From NCBI RefSeq assembly GCF_006345805.1, contig NC_043003.1, positions 15,190,001-15,254,000 of the forward strand: a DNA stretch of 64,000 nt, given 5' to 3'. A program made the translations under genes and the position numbers. This stretch comes from Octopus sinensis (taxonomy: Eukaryota). Below the pieces are notes generated by a model. It was not told the DNA's origin and did no database searches. It saw nothing but the letters and a program-made list of their open reading frames with translations. This document shows positions 1 to 14,200 of this stretch, piece by piece (the stretch's first letter is position 1; each line of letters starts with the position of its first letter).

Positions 1-628
1 GTGTAGAATTTTAAAATGGTAATCTATAAATTAAAACCGTATATTTTCGTTTTGATGGTCGAACGTGTCATTTTTCACTTCAAAAGTAATTAAATATTGG
101 CAATATTAATATGTACTTCCTATTTAAGTACATATTTATAACTAATTTTCAAAGCTAATGAGCATTTAAAGTAACGGTATTTATGTATGTGTGTGTGCGT
201 ATCTGTATCTATCAATCTCTATGCGTGCGTGTGTGTGTGTGCATTAATCTGTTTCTTTATTATCCACAAGGGGCTAAACACAGAGAGGACAAACGGATTA
301 AGTCGATTACATCGATCCCAGTTCGTAACTGGTACTTAATTTATCGACCCCGAAAGGATGAAAGGCAAAGTCGACCCCGGTGGAATTTGAACTCAGAACG
401 TAACGGCAGACGAAAAACGGCTACGCATTTCGCCCGGCGTGCTAACGGTTCTGCCAGCTCGATCGAAGTGAACATTAACATATCCATTACGATCGATCTT
501 ACCAATCGGTTTCGCACTAGGGATTCAAAGGGGTGTTAAGCAACAGTCTGATTACGTAACCCTGTGCTCTTCAGAGCTAGCTGCTATGGAATGAAAAAAA
601 ATATATATATATATATATATTCGATCGA

Positions 629-901
629 GGTACTACTTGAGAACAGTGGTCCCGGTGCACACACTCGCGTACTCGCGCATCCGCGCTAGCTAGTCGTGAC
701 TAGTTGATCTTTAATTTGTGCGTTTGTGTTTTATTTACTTTGTTTAACAAAAAATATTTACTTTGTGTAAAAAAAATTTTTATTTTGTGTTTTATTTACT
801 TTGCTAGGTAGTCGTTGTAGGATCGACTAGTCACGACTAGCTAACGCGGATGCGCGACTACGCGTGTGCGCGCACCGGGACCACTGTTCTCAAGTAGTAC
901 C
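629..901. mobile_element. Mutator-like MITE (copy 1)
   Basis: Long imperfect TIRs starting GGTACTACTTGAGAACAGTGGTCCCGGTGC; perfect 9-bp TSD TTCGATCGA (620-628 and 902-910). Confidence 0.85.
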
Positions 902-1078
902 TTCGATCGATCCAACTTCAAAAGTGACATCACACACGAGATGCATTTAACCAATATATTTTATTTATTTGTTTATTTATTTATTTATTTTTGCATTTCT
1001 GATCTTTCTAATGTCAAGGATGGATATTGATGTGTATGAGTCTGTTTCTGGAGAACTGAAGTGGCAAATTTACCTTAA

Positions 1079-1551
1079 CCCTTTCGTGACTATTTATTTT
1101 GAGGTGCTCTGTGTTTCTTTCAGTTAATTTTAAATATAACAAAGAATTTAGTAAAATAACTTGGTTATCATTAAGCTGGTGTTAGGAACATAAATTGTGA
1201 CTAATGTTTGGTGGAAGATTTTAATTCAAAACTTATGAAAACAAGACATTTGTACTCAGAACCAGAGCCGGTTTCAGCTGGGTTGGTAACGAAAAGGTTA
1301 AGAATTGTTTCTTTATTATATATTTTAACCCTTTTTGTTACCATATTTCTGTTGAGATGCTCTGTGTTTCTTTCAGTTAATTTTAAATATAACAAAGAAT
1401 TTAGTAAAATAACTTGGTTATTATTAAGCTGGTGTTAGGAACATAAATTATGAGTAAGGTTTGGGGGAAGATTTTAATTCAAAAGTTATGAAAACAAGAC
1501 ATTTGTATTACAGAGCCAGAGGCAGTTTCAGCCAGGTTGGTATCAAAAGGG
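1079..1551. mobile_element. Two tandem piggyBac-like MITEs of about 220 bp (1079-1297, 1329-1551)
   Basis: Each is flanked by TTAA, with CCCTTT...AAAGG(G) termini; a third, inverted copy lies at 24789-25008. Confidence 0.85.
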
Positions 1552-1790
1552 TTAACTTAGCTTACTCATTTTGCCACAGCCAAATTTGTCTTTCATATGC
1601 TCAAAGAGAACAGCAATAATTTTCTGAAATAGGGAACAGGTCATGTTATAATGTTTTTGGTACATTTAGGGAAGGTCATTTTATTGGCTGATATAGCTTT
1701 TGTAAGGTAATGATCATTTGTAAGAAAAAGATATATTGTCTCCAAGTCAAAAATGCTATAAAAATACTTCATTTTGTCTTACCCCCTATA

Positions 1791-2652
1791 TACATGGTCT
1801 GATCAATAAGTATCCAGACTATTGCTATAGTAACGAAGCTAAAGCACACAGAGTGAAGCCGCTTGGCAATGATTGACCTTGACCTCTGCTGTGCATGTGC
1901 ACTAAGTTCTAATGTTCTAGTTCACTCCCACTGTTTGCAGCAGTGCTTGGAAGGAAGGTGTGTAGTATGTGACCATTGCATTGACCATGACAGAGAAAGT
2001 TGAGCAGAGAATCTGCATCAAATTTTGCCAAAAGCTTGGCGATACCTGCTCAGAGGCCTATGCAAAGATTTCAAACGGCTTTTATCGTTCTCGACACAAT
2101 TAAAAAGATCTTTTGCAACTGAAACCCAAGTGTCCTTTTGGTCAGCTGAAAGCAGTTTTGGCACAAACTTCGCAGACACGCATTTTATACCCAAATCTTC
2201 AATGATAATGGACTTAATTGAGCCGTAACTAATCTGTACACACTCTGATAACTCATGGATGGTGATTTAATGATTTCCCCTCACAGCTATGCACACATCT
2301 AAAATGTTTTCCTTAATTCTGCTGGTTACGGGTCTCCCAGAACGTTCATCAATATTGACATTTTTTTGGCCATCTTGGAAACATCTGAACCACTTGAACA
2401 TTTGTGTGCAGCTCATACACTCCTGTCCATACACGTTCTGCAACTTTGAGTAGGCCTCTAAGCAGGTATCACCAAGACAACTTTCTCTGTCATGGCCAAT
2501 GCAACAATCACACACTACACCTTCCTTCCAAGCACTGCTGTAAACAGTGGAAGTGAGCTAGAACATTAAAACTTAGTGCACATGTACAGCAGAGTTGAAG
2601 GTGACTCTTTGCCAAGCGGCTTCACTCTGCAGGGTTTAACTTTGTTACTATG
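1791..2652. mobile_element. Rearranged mariner remnant (two 5' ends in inverted orientation)
   Basis: The + arm has a TIR and MTEKVEQRICIKFCQKLGDTCSEAY. The - arm encodes decayed transposase (…VYGQECMS…DERSGRPVTS…VSAKFVPKLLS…). Confidence 0.85.
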
Positions 2653-3060
2653 GCAACAGATGTCTTGCTATAGAGGAGATACATGGCTACCCAGCTGGAA
2701 AAGCAAAGATGGGGGTGATGAAGGGGGGTACAGGGAGAGAGAACAGGTGAGGGAGATAAAGGCAGAGGATCAGGTAAGTTTCATATATATGGATCAAACT
2801 TTTGTATATGTATACTGTTCTATACTTCTGGAATGAGTTTATAGTTAGTTGCTGAAAACTAGACTACACAAGCAAACATTTAAACATGATTTAGTATGCT
2901 GTATTAGTCATAAAGAGATGTTCATGCTTTACAGTATACATACAGAATCAGAAAGATGAAAATAGCATAATGCAACATCCAAATAGATGGCTACCCAAAG
3001 TTTAACGCTGGACTGGTTTTTAAATAAGGAATATGTGTGTATGTGTGTGGTGTCATGTCT

Positions 3061-3317
3061 GCCTTACAGTTGCATATGAGTTGAGCCTCACAATTGCCTA
3101 TGAGCTGAGCTTTACAATTGCACATGAGTTGAGCCTTACAATTGCATATGAGTTGCGCCTTTAGAATTGCATATGAGTTGAGCCTTTAGAATTGCAGATG
3201 AGTTGAGCCTTACAATTGCAGATGAGTGAGCCTTACAATTGCAGATCAGTTGAGCTTAACAATTGCATATGAGTTGAGCTTTTAGAATTGCAGATGAGTT
3301 GAGCCTTACAATTGCAT
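3061..3317 (+). repeat. 24-25-bp minisatellite, about 10-11 units
   Basis: Unit GAGTTGAGCCTTACAATTGCATAT. Confidence 0.95.
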
Positions 3318-5235
3318 ACAATCATTAGAATGACTAAGAAAGGTCATGTATTTCACAATGTGCTCAAGAATTCTGAAGTTTGCTGAGAGTGGAGACATTC
3401 TGCCAAATGGTGCTGAAAAATACTCTATAGGCTATGTTCAGAGAAACTTCTAGAACAATCTGGAGAAGCTATTGTAGCAAGATCAAGTTCTATTACTGCA
3501 TATTCGAAAACATTAATTTGGTTAATACAGGCTCATCTCCTTAATCTCTTGTGATTGGTTAACATACCTGTCATGTGAGTGTTTGGACATTTATTGAGCC
3601 CTGTGTTGTGATTAGTTGAGCATTGCATGGGAGTTGGATCAAGGGTCCAATCACGTTGTGTGTGATATATTTCAAACGACTAATCCCCTATGTGTCCTGG
3701 AGCCCCCCTTTGTCCATAAATTGGTGTGACAACTTAATAACGAGTCAGAGGATGAGAGTTTTACATTGAGGTGAGTCATGCAGAACCTGCTGTTTTCAGA
3801 GGAGAATTAATATACAATGGAGCCCCTGTAACTAATGACAACCTAAGCTGAATTACCAAAACAATAGATAAAGTGCTTTGTCTGCCGCTACGTTGAGTTC
3901 AAATTCCGCCAAGGTCGACTTTGCCTTTCATCCTTTCGAGATCGATTAAATAAGTACCAGTTACGCACTGGGTCGAAGAAATCACCTAGTCCTCTCCCCC
4001 AAAATTTCAGGCCTTGTGCCTAGAACAGAGAGGATTATTTATTTTGTGAAGGATTAGTAGAGAGGATTAATGTTGTGAAGGGCGGCGAGCTGGCAGAATC
4101 GTTAGCACGCCGAGCAAAATGCTTAGCGGCATTTCGTCTGACTTTACGTTCTGAGTTCAAATTCCGTCGAGGTCGTCTTTGCCTTTCATCCTTTCGAGGT
4201 CGATAAATTAAGTACCAGTTACGCACTAGGGTCGATGTAATCGACTAGTCCCCTCCCCCAAAATTTCAGACCTTCTGCCGACAGTGGAAAGAATTATTTA
4301 TGTTGTGACTTACAATTCGTAATGTGGCTAGTTAGTTCGCACCCTGCTAATTATATCAGCTTTCCTTTACTTGATAACTGAAACTTTTCCCTTTTCTTTC
4401 ACGAAAACACTATTTTGTTTTCTTTTTTGACCTGGAAAACACCTATTTCTGACAAGGTAAATACTTTCTCTATCGTAAGAACCTGGCAACGAAGCGCCCC
4501 GTACTCACCGTAGAAGAAGTGTAAATCAAATAGTTTCTAAGATATTCTCCGCAACTACTTGTTTCTTCAGTGAATTTTATACCAGTTTAAAAATCAAAAG
4601 TTTCAGAAAACAAAACAAACAAAAACAATGTTTTTTAAATAGTATAATTTCTTTTGGAAAAAGTAAAGGTTCAAAAGAAATTACATATTTTATAGTTCTG
4701 TGAGAACTCCCAACACACATTTTAAAAATAACCGTGTAATTTTTATGGGTGCCGTTAGTATAGATTAATACAACAGATTATTATTATTTGATGTTCTGTT
4801 TGATATTGATTTTAATAATTCAGGCATAAGAATCACAGTTCATAGATAAAAAAATAATATGTCATTCCCCAAAATTTAGTCTTTGTTTTTCGAAGTAATT
4901 TGTCATTTTTCTGAATGAGGTGACAAGTTGAGTAAACACTAATTATAATAAAAACGAAACAAGTACTTTTTTTTTGGTTAAGCAGGCGTACGAATATAAC
5001 CGAAATAAAATATAAAAATATTCAGCATTAAACTTTAATTTATTTCTTTCTTCCCTTCTATGTCTTATAAAAAAATATTCAAATAAACATTTTGCTATAT
5101 AAATCATAATATAATTCAACAATATTGAGTAACAACGGCAATAATTGCGATGAAGTGACGAACTATTTCGTTGTGAGTAATTGATTTGTTTATTACGCAA
5201 GTAGCGGTTATTTCGATTTAGATAACAAAACCGTC

Positions 5236-5299
5236 ATGGAGAAGTATGACGTGAGCAACAAGTCTCTCTTCTTTCCTATCGAAGGGATTACAGAAAAAG
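5236..5299 (+). CDS. RFESD: RFESD exon 1
   Basis: ccgtcATGG start; MEKYDVSNKSLFFPIEGITEK followed by donor AAG|gtaaat, phase 1, which fits exon 2. Confidence 0.8.
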
Positions 5300-8200
5300 G
5301 TAAATGATTTGTTTTAATCCCTCTCTATTTAATTAATAATAACTATAGGTTTCGGTAATCCTTTTTTTTATGCTGGAAGAAATTATTTATACAGAAACAA
5401 ACAACCAACCTGTGCGTGGTTGTCTTGTCATGTTTGTATTCAACTTTAAAAACCTGTCAGTTTCCTCACACGTGTTTATATAATCTGTCATAATATCGTA
5501 ATATCTGTTTTGAAAAGATTATTAAATTATCATCAAAGTAATCTAAATTAATTTAATGTCTATGATGTAACAGACAAAATAAGAATTAACTGAAAAAAAC
5601 AAAACAAGACAGGACAAACCCTTAAACGGTTACATCGACGTGACAGGTCTTCGTAACGCGAAATCAGTTTCTTAACTCTGGAGCTTGTACGTGGTCGCTC
5701 GACATGTTAGAAATAGCTGCTAAATCTCCCTCAAATTACAAAAAAAGGCCGTACTTGTCAAGCCTGGCCACGTATGTTCGTATTTAAACCTAGCATCTCG
5801 GCTTCTACGCAGACACATGTATCGAAAGAATGCCGTATCATAATGTATTTCTAAAAGATGTAAGAATTATCCTTAAAGTAATCCAAATTTAATTTAATTT
5901 CTGTGATGTAACAGACAAAGATTTAAAGCAACCGAAAAAGACACCCTCGCTTTTTATCTTATATCAATATAAGTGACAGGTCTCCCTATACATACATACA
6001 TACATCATCTCAAAATAATTTTATCACTCCCGAGCCCTACCCGGTCGCTCGACATGGTAGAAATAGGAGCTAAATCATCCCCAAATCACATCGTCCTGTC
6101 TTTAAAATAAAAGGGGAATACCCAATCGTTATAAATTTCTTTGCTTGTAGATCTTCTTACAGGTGATCACCCAGGGACGAAAGAATTTCGAGTACCTACG
6201 AGGGAACCCCTACCAGCTCTCACTTGCCTAAAAGAAGCAGCTAATATTCACTCTAATCACATCCTAGTTTTTATTTTTTAGGGAAGATATATTGGCTAAT
6301 TTAGTCTAATATACGCTGTTTGCACAATGCGATTTAAGGAAGAATGCAATTCTTTGGGATTTTCCATTCATTAGTTTTCGTTTTTGCTGCTTTAGGGGAA
6401 ATACACCATACAGTTTGTTTATGAAGTGGATTTGTCTGTTCTGTAATCATGTAAAAATGCTCTTTAAGTATTTCTGTCATTTGTTTAAAATTATTATTGA
6501 TGCTTTTCAAAATTCGTTGAGGTTTCGGAACAAGCACCCTTCCACCTCAACGAAAAATTAAATTCGGGAAATAAAAAAATAAAATTATAATTTATAAATT
6601 CAGCTTAGGGTGCTGCTGTAATATTAGGGCCCCAGAATCAGGAGGACGTATTAAGGGTGGAGGTAAAGAATATGTACATCACCCGTTTAAATTTATTTGT
6701 GAAACAAAAAAGAAAATCATAAATTCATATTATTTTGTTTTTAACGATACCATATTCTATATTTGCAAAATGATTCCAGGATTTAAAAAATTAATGTAAT
6801 GCAATAAAAGATTTTTTTAAAATGTTTAAAATGAAAAGGTTACACTCGGTTGCTGTATCCCTGAAACGGAAGAAAATGGAATAGAACGCTTAAAAATTGA
6901 TTTGGGAGGAAAAGTGGGCAAAAAATGAAAGGGGGTAACCAAAGGGGTTAATGTTTACAACTTGACCCCAAAACGAAGGGGGTTAATGTTTACAACTTAT
7001 GGTGCTGCTGTCATAGTAGGGTCCCAGAATCAGGAGGATGTATTAAGGGTGGAGGTAAAGAATATGGGTATTGAATTGGGAGGAAAGGTGGGCAAAAAAT
7101 GAAAAAAAAAAGGGGGTAACCAAAGGGGTTAATGTTTACAACTTGACCCGAAAACGAAGGGGGTTAATGTTTACAACTTAGGGTGCTGCTGTAATATTAG
7201 GGTCCCAGAATTAAGACGATCTATTAAGGGTGGAGGTAAAGAATATGTACATCGCCCGTTTTCGGGGTTACAAAAATCCTAATGTTAATCTTAACCCTAA
7301 TCCTAACCCTAACCACCGGGTGTGCGTATTCTTTACTTTCGCCGTTTTAAGAGTTTATGGAAACTCCCGAAATAGGGAAATCAGGTAACTGTTAATGATT
7401 ATGTCAAAACAATGGCATAACTACATATCTGTGACAAATCTCTCCCGACTTTGTTTCCTCATAACTTTCTGAAAAATGCCTATTTTTTAATGAAATTTTC
7501 TACAAATTCAATTCAGGTGGTGCATATTTACGAGCATATCGAAATTTGATGCGAAAAAAGGGGATGAGGTGAGAGGGGGAGTTTCAGTTAACCCCAAGGA
7601 TCAAGAGACCTCCATGAGTCGGTACTACTTGAGAACAGTCCCGGTTCGCGCACTCGCGTATCCGCACTAGCTAGTCATGACTAGTCGATCCTTACTTTGT
7701 GTTTTTGTATGTTATTTACTTTGTTTAACAAAAATTATTTATTTTGTGTTTTATTTACTTTGCTAGGTTGTCGTTGTAGGATCGACTAGTCACGACTAGT
7801 TAGCGCGGATGCACGACTATGCGAGTGCGCGCACCGGACCACTGTTCTCAAGTAGTACCCCACAAGTCTTGGGCCCCAAAATTAGCTGTTAGCTTGTTGT
7901 TAACGAATAAATATTTAGTCCTCTGTGTATTGTTTAAACCCGGATGACAATAATGCTGTTAAGACCACTCTGGCGTGAATTGTGTTTCGTTTGTATTAAC
8001 GAATATATTTGAAATAATAAAAAAAATGTAAGCTGTTGGCGATATTATGAAAAACATAAATTAAAGATGTGTGCCCAGTCTAACTTTGTTACCTCATAAC
8101 TTTATGAAAAATTGCATAGTTTTGAATGAAATTTTACAGAGATACACTTTAGATGGAGTAGGTTAGGGGGTTATATCAGAATTTGGTGAGAAAAACTATT

Positions 8201-11200
8201 TTTTGGGTGGACGAGGGGGAGTTTCCATCTTGATTTGTTTCCTCATAACTCTGAAAATTGAGTTTTTTTTTTTTTTTTTTTTTTTTTTAGTAAACATTTC
8301 TACAAATACTTTCAGATGGTGTAGATTATGTCGGAATTTGACGTGAAACAAAATTTTGTGATGGAGTCGGAGACTTCAAATATCTCAGCTTTATTTCCAC
8401 TTAGGCTTTGATGAGGTGTGTGAATTATTCCAGCCCCAACTCCCCATTAAAAAAAAAAAAAAAAACAGTTCTTTCTCATAAAATTCCGATATATAATCGT
8501 AATCTATACAGTTTGAAGCGCATTTAGTGAAAATTTTATTTAAAAATGTCCATTTTTCTGGAAGTTACGAGGAAACAAAGTCGGAGCGGAGGCACACATC
8601 TCTTATGCTGCGTTACCGTCAACTTTTGTTTCCTCATAACTCACAGAAATTTTTTTTTTTTGTAAAATTTTCCACAATTATGTTTCCTATGGTATACATA
8701 TTACATCGGAATTTTATGTGAAAAAAAGTGTGCCAATCCTTCGGTATTAGTAGATGACGTCATTCACGCGTTCCCTTTTGACAGATAAAGAGGCTAGGCT
8801 GAAAAAGAGGGTGAATGACGCCATCGATATTACACCCACGTAACTTGAAAAACTGTGATGGGCGTCAGTATGTATATGTAAACGTCCACTCATTCTTTCT
8901 TACATTAAACTCCGATATAATTGTGGTCTACATAATCTCAAAAGTATTTGTAGAACATTTCATTAAAAAAAACAAAACATTTTCCTGAAAGTTATGGAGA
9001 AACAAAATTAGGGGTGCGTTGTACATTTGTGTAGGACGGAGATGTCCAACATGGGCTTTCCATCTCCAAGATATCACTGGACATGTCTGAGGGGGATGCT
9101 TTAGGAGGCGATGGCGTGACATAATTAGCATACTAAATTTTACTTATAGTTTTATCATATACTAGCAGTATAGCCCAGCATTGCTCGGGCTTGTTTCGAC
9201 CCTTTAGAATTGGAATTTTTGAAAAGTAAAAATTTGCATTATGTAATTTGTTATTCTCTTTAAGTGAACATTTTTCTGGTTGAAATACACCGAAAAATGG
9301 TGACACAGCAGTCAAAAAATTGTATTAAAAGAAAATAGGGATTTTCATAGAAAAAAAAACAAACACCTTTTTGATGTAAATAATTTTTGGTGTTAACATG
9401 GTCCGATTTGAATTTTTTTCTTCTACGGAATGAAGAGCAAGCCTTCTTCTATCATACTCTCAATTTTGGTCAACTTGCACCGCAGGGTCTTGGAGGAGAT
9501 AGTGTTAGTTGAAGGCTACCAAACCTGCCATACACAGACAACTTCAGCTTTATATTTATAGAGATAATATAATTACTACTTATACATGATAAAACTAGTG
9601 ATGGTTGTTAAGATAAAATTAAATCTCATCAAGCACGGGGAAGTCGAAATGTATAAAGAAAACTTACAACTTCTGTCTTTATTAGTTTTTCTTATTTCAC
9701 TGTTAAAAGCTTAGGGTATCCATTTGTTCAGTTGCCACTTAGGTGGGCATCAGGCATAATAATTATTTAAGAGGAGTGCACTACCAAAAAGAAAAAAAAA
9801 AGGGTTATGGACCTCTGGTATAGAATTTCTTTAGTTTGTCATACATGTCCCATTCGTTAACTGGTATCCATGCCAATATAACTGAGCACGTTCACAGCCC
9901 TGAAGGAACTATAAAGCAAGCTTTTAAAACCTTTGAAGTACAACATTTTGATGAATTCTTTACGCATCGTTGGCGACACAAAAATAAAACTCGGATCAAA
10001 TGATGTAATGGTTACATAACGAGCCAGTGTGAGATATCAGAAGCGGAAACAATCAGCTTAGAAAATGGCTAGACGGGACATTTGACTCAGAAAATGGCTA
10101 GACGGAACATTTGATTTAGAAAATTGCCTGATGAAACATAGGACTCTTGACGGGTCACCATTCTTTATTTTGTAACGTCAGATATTATAAATGTGGAGGG
10201 TGGGGCTTAGAAATCTTTTCAACTTGGTTTACTGTGGGGGGATATAAAACTGATTTAAGATTGAGCTGAGTCGTATAGTAATAAAGCCGAAATGGAAGAG
10301 AAGTTGCTTTTGTTTTCTTTTTTTCTTTGTCACCTTCTCAAAGATTAAAATATCGTGGCCAAAGGACACTTCAAGGATTATCTTAGTTCTTCATAGATTA
10401 TTAACATGAATTTTCTTAATGCTTCAAATTAAATAAATACATAAAAAAAAAACACTTTCAACTGAATAAATTTTTTCTGTTTATAAAGAAACAATTGTTT
10501 TTTAAATTATTTTTTGCTGATATTTTTTTCTCAAAATTTCTCGTTATTTCCTTTACAAACTTCGACACTTCATTTATGGGTGTCTTCATTTAGAGACGAG
10601 ATAGTACTATTTTCATTTTCTTTCTTTATTATTATTATTTTTTAAGAATTGTTATCCTCTGTCCAAAATAAATCTCAACTCAAATTTTTTGAAAACAAAA
10701 GGACGAAAAATAACTTTCTAGAAATGTCAAAGTTACGACAAATTCAGTTCCGTAACCTGAAACGGAGAAAAGGTGTTTAAAAAAAAATTATTTTCTGAAA
10801 AAAAATTTTTCTTTGGAAAAAATCTCTTTCAACTGAATGAGTATTTCTATTTATAAAGAAACAGTTTTTTTAAAAGTAATATTTCGGAACTGGCTTATAA
10901 TTTTTTATATATTTATTTTAATTAATTTTTTTTCTAATTATAAACTTAACCAGAGACCCCTCATTTCTGGACGACCTATGGTTGAGGCAGTACTATATTT
11001 TTGCTTTTGCTTTAAAAATTGATATCCTCTTTTCAAAATATATCTCAACTCAATTTTTTGGGGTGGGTGGAAGAACATTCCTGAAATCTAAAAGTTACGG
11101 TCAGTTCCGTATCCTGAGACAAAGAAAAGAAAGTGTTAAAAAAAATGGGGGAAAAATGAGAGAGAGAGAGTGTGCGTGTGTTCCGAAACGCTGCGTTCTT

Positions 11201-14200
11201 TTGTTGCTTCGCAGTATTTCGTCCGTCGTTACGTTTTGAGTTCTAATTCCGCCGAGGCCGATTTTGCTTTTCTTCTTTTCGGGGGTCGATGAAATAAGTG
11301 CAAATAATATTGTAGAAAGCAGTTATTTATTTAAGTATAAATAAAATTTCCTATTATAATCTTTAACAAAAAAGTTGTTATTGTCAGTCATTCGTTTGCA
11401 ATATTGAAAGGAAAGAAATTTGTACGTTAGTATTGTCGACAATATACGTAACACGGAAAAAAAAAATGGGTGGTGGGGGTTTAAGATAGGAACACATTTT
11501 CCATTTAATTCGATAGACATTCAGCCATGGCTCATTTATATTACAACCTCAAACACAAAAGTGGGGGACGGGGGTCCAAAATTGTAAGTGGGGCAAAATG
11601 AGTAATTTCTGATTTTGTGTATATTTTTGTTTGAAATCATTACATTGCAAGTATTACATCATCTTTGGGTGTAAAAATTGGTCAGCATAACTTGGAACAT
11701 AGTCAGGTGCTTTTTTGTTTTCAAGAAATTTTTCCTCAACTTTGACCCAATTGTTATTGAGGTTGTTAATAAAATATCTGGATAATTTCTGGTGTTTAAC
11801 AATCAAGATTCTTTTCTCTTTTTAATTTCAAGTAATTTCTTTTTTAACACAATAATGTCAAATTTGATAATTTTCAAGTTTTAAAGCAATTGTCTAAAAT
11901 GGGGTAAAATGAGTAATTTCAATACTCCCTTTAACTGTGTAGTGTTTAAATATATTACAAAGAGAGCCACTCCAGCAGATCAGGTTGCAGTTTCAGAGAA
12001 TATTTTATTATGAGTTTTAGAATTAGTCGAAGTTGCATAAATTTGACATCATGTACCCTTTTTCCGTTGTCCTCTTTCATTTGACATTAATATTAAATTT
12101 TTTTTTGGCATTTTTGATCTTTCTGATGTCTAAGGATGGATATTGATGTGTATGGGTCTGCTTTCAAATATAATTCTGTAAAATTGAAGAAGCAAATTTA
12201 TTTTACTTTGTCTTACTCATTTTGCCCCAGCTAAATTTGTCTTCAAAGAGAATGGTGATAATTTTCTGAAATAGTGTTCAGATTATGTTGTAGTGTTTTT
12301 AATGCGTTTAAAAGTCATTTTGCTTAGCTGACATAGTTTTTGTAAGGTAGTGATCATCATCATCGTTTAACGTTGGTCTACCATGCTAGCACAGGAAGGA
12401 CAGTACCACAAGAGCTGGCCAGGCCAAAGCCTGCACCAAACTTCTGTGACTGTTTTGCCAGGGTTTTTACAGCTGGATGCCCTTCCTAACAGCAACCACT
12501 CAGCAGAGTGGACTTAGTGTTTTTTATGTGACACAAGCAAAGGCTAGGTGAGTAGTGCTTTTTATGTGGCTCAAGCACAGGTGAGGTCAGTTTCGGCAAA
12601 TTTTTTACACCTGGATGCTCTTCTGAACACCAACCACTTTACAGTGTGGACTGGGTGATTTTAAGTGGCACCTGCACTGACAGGGTCACCAAGTACTTGC
12701 AAGACATTAAAAAAAAATCTTTTAAGAGAGGAGAAGGCATTGGAGGAGGTGAAGATTATAAGGTTATAGTGAGACGAATACAGGTCTCTTGCTGTAGAGG
12801 AAGTATAAGGTTACCCAGCCAGAGAGAGAGAAAGATCGGGAATGAATACAGAGACAGGTGTGCGACTATTTGTAAAAAAACAAACAAAAAAAACATATCT
12901 TTTTTTTTTCAAAGTCAGAAATGCAGTAACTATGACTCATTATGCACCCCACCCTATATTAATGGAAAAACCAAAATAGCAATCATGTACAAATATGGGC
13001 ATAACTATAGAAGTGTGTCCACACTCTAATCAAATTTGTTTCTCCATAACTTTTTGAAAAAGGGGTATTTTTGAATGAAATTTTCTACAAATTCTGTTGT
13101 GTCTGGTGAGAGTCATTTTCTTTTTGTGCCTTATAATTTAACACACTCACCGGTAAAATTTCTGCTTATACCTAATTTTTATTTTCCTACAAATACTATT
13201 CAGATTGTGTAGTTTATGAATATGTAGGTCCTTCTGAAAAACTTTTTTTAATGAGACTGGTTAGAGGATTTCGGATAATTTACATGATTCGTCTGTTTTC
13301 TCATAACTTTCAGAAAAAATGGGTAATCTTTAATGTGTTCTTAGGTTCAGTCCCACTGTGTGGTACTTTGGGCAAATGTTTTTATTTTGGTTGACACACA
13401 TACACCACTGCTTGATAATCAATGCTGGTTTGTTTATGTCCCCTAACTTAGCAATTCAACAAAAGAGACTGTTAGAGTAAGTACCAGGATGTTTATTTCA
13501 TGCACTTTTACTCTATTTCTTCATGCATTTTGGTGATGTAGATCAGTGCTAATCAAAGTGGTGGCCTGCGGGTGGATGCTGGTCTGCGAGCCATCAGCTG
13601 CCAATACACGGCCAGTTTCCAGAAAAAGAAACATTTTAAAATGCTTATGTAATATTGTATTATTTGTTTACAGAATAAATATAACTCTTTTACTTGTTTC
13701 AGTCATTTGACTGTGGCCATGCTGGAGCACCACATTTAGTCAAGCAAATTGCCCCCAGGACTTATTCTTTGTAAGCCTAGTACTTATTCTATCTTTCTCT
13801 TTTGCTGAACCACTAAGTTACAGGGATGTAAACACACCAGCATCAGTTGTCTCTTTCAGTTTCCGTCTACCAAATCCACTCACAAGGCTTTGGTCGGCCC
13901 GAGGTTATAGTAGAAGACACTCTCTCAAGGTGCCACGCAGTGGGACTGAATCCAGAACCATGTGGTTGGTAAGTAAGCTACTTACCACACAGCCACTCCT
14001 GCACCTATAAAAAAAATTGTCAACTTTTATTATTTTCATTATATATAATTATGAAATTATATTTTTCATTTTAGAATTACAAACAAAATAATATACAAGT
14101 GGTATTCATTTCCAGTCTTCTATAAAAAATATGTCTGTTCATGGAAAAATATTGCCTTGGCAGCAAACAAGTGAAGGTTAGCGACAGGAAGGGTATCCAG

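Noticed and set aside
11580-12360. DNA-transposon remnant with GGGGCAAAATGAGTAA motifs (related pieces at about 1000-1790)
   Set aside because: Too decayed to define ends or a superfamily.
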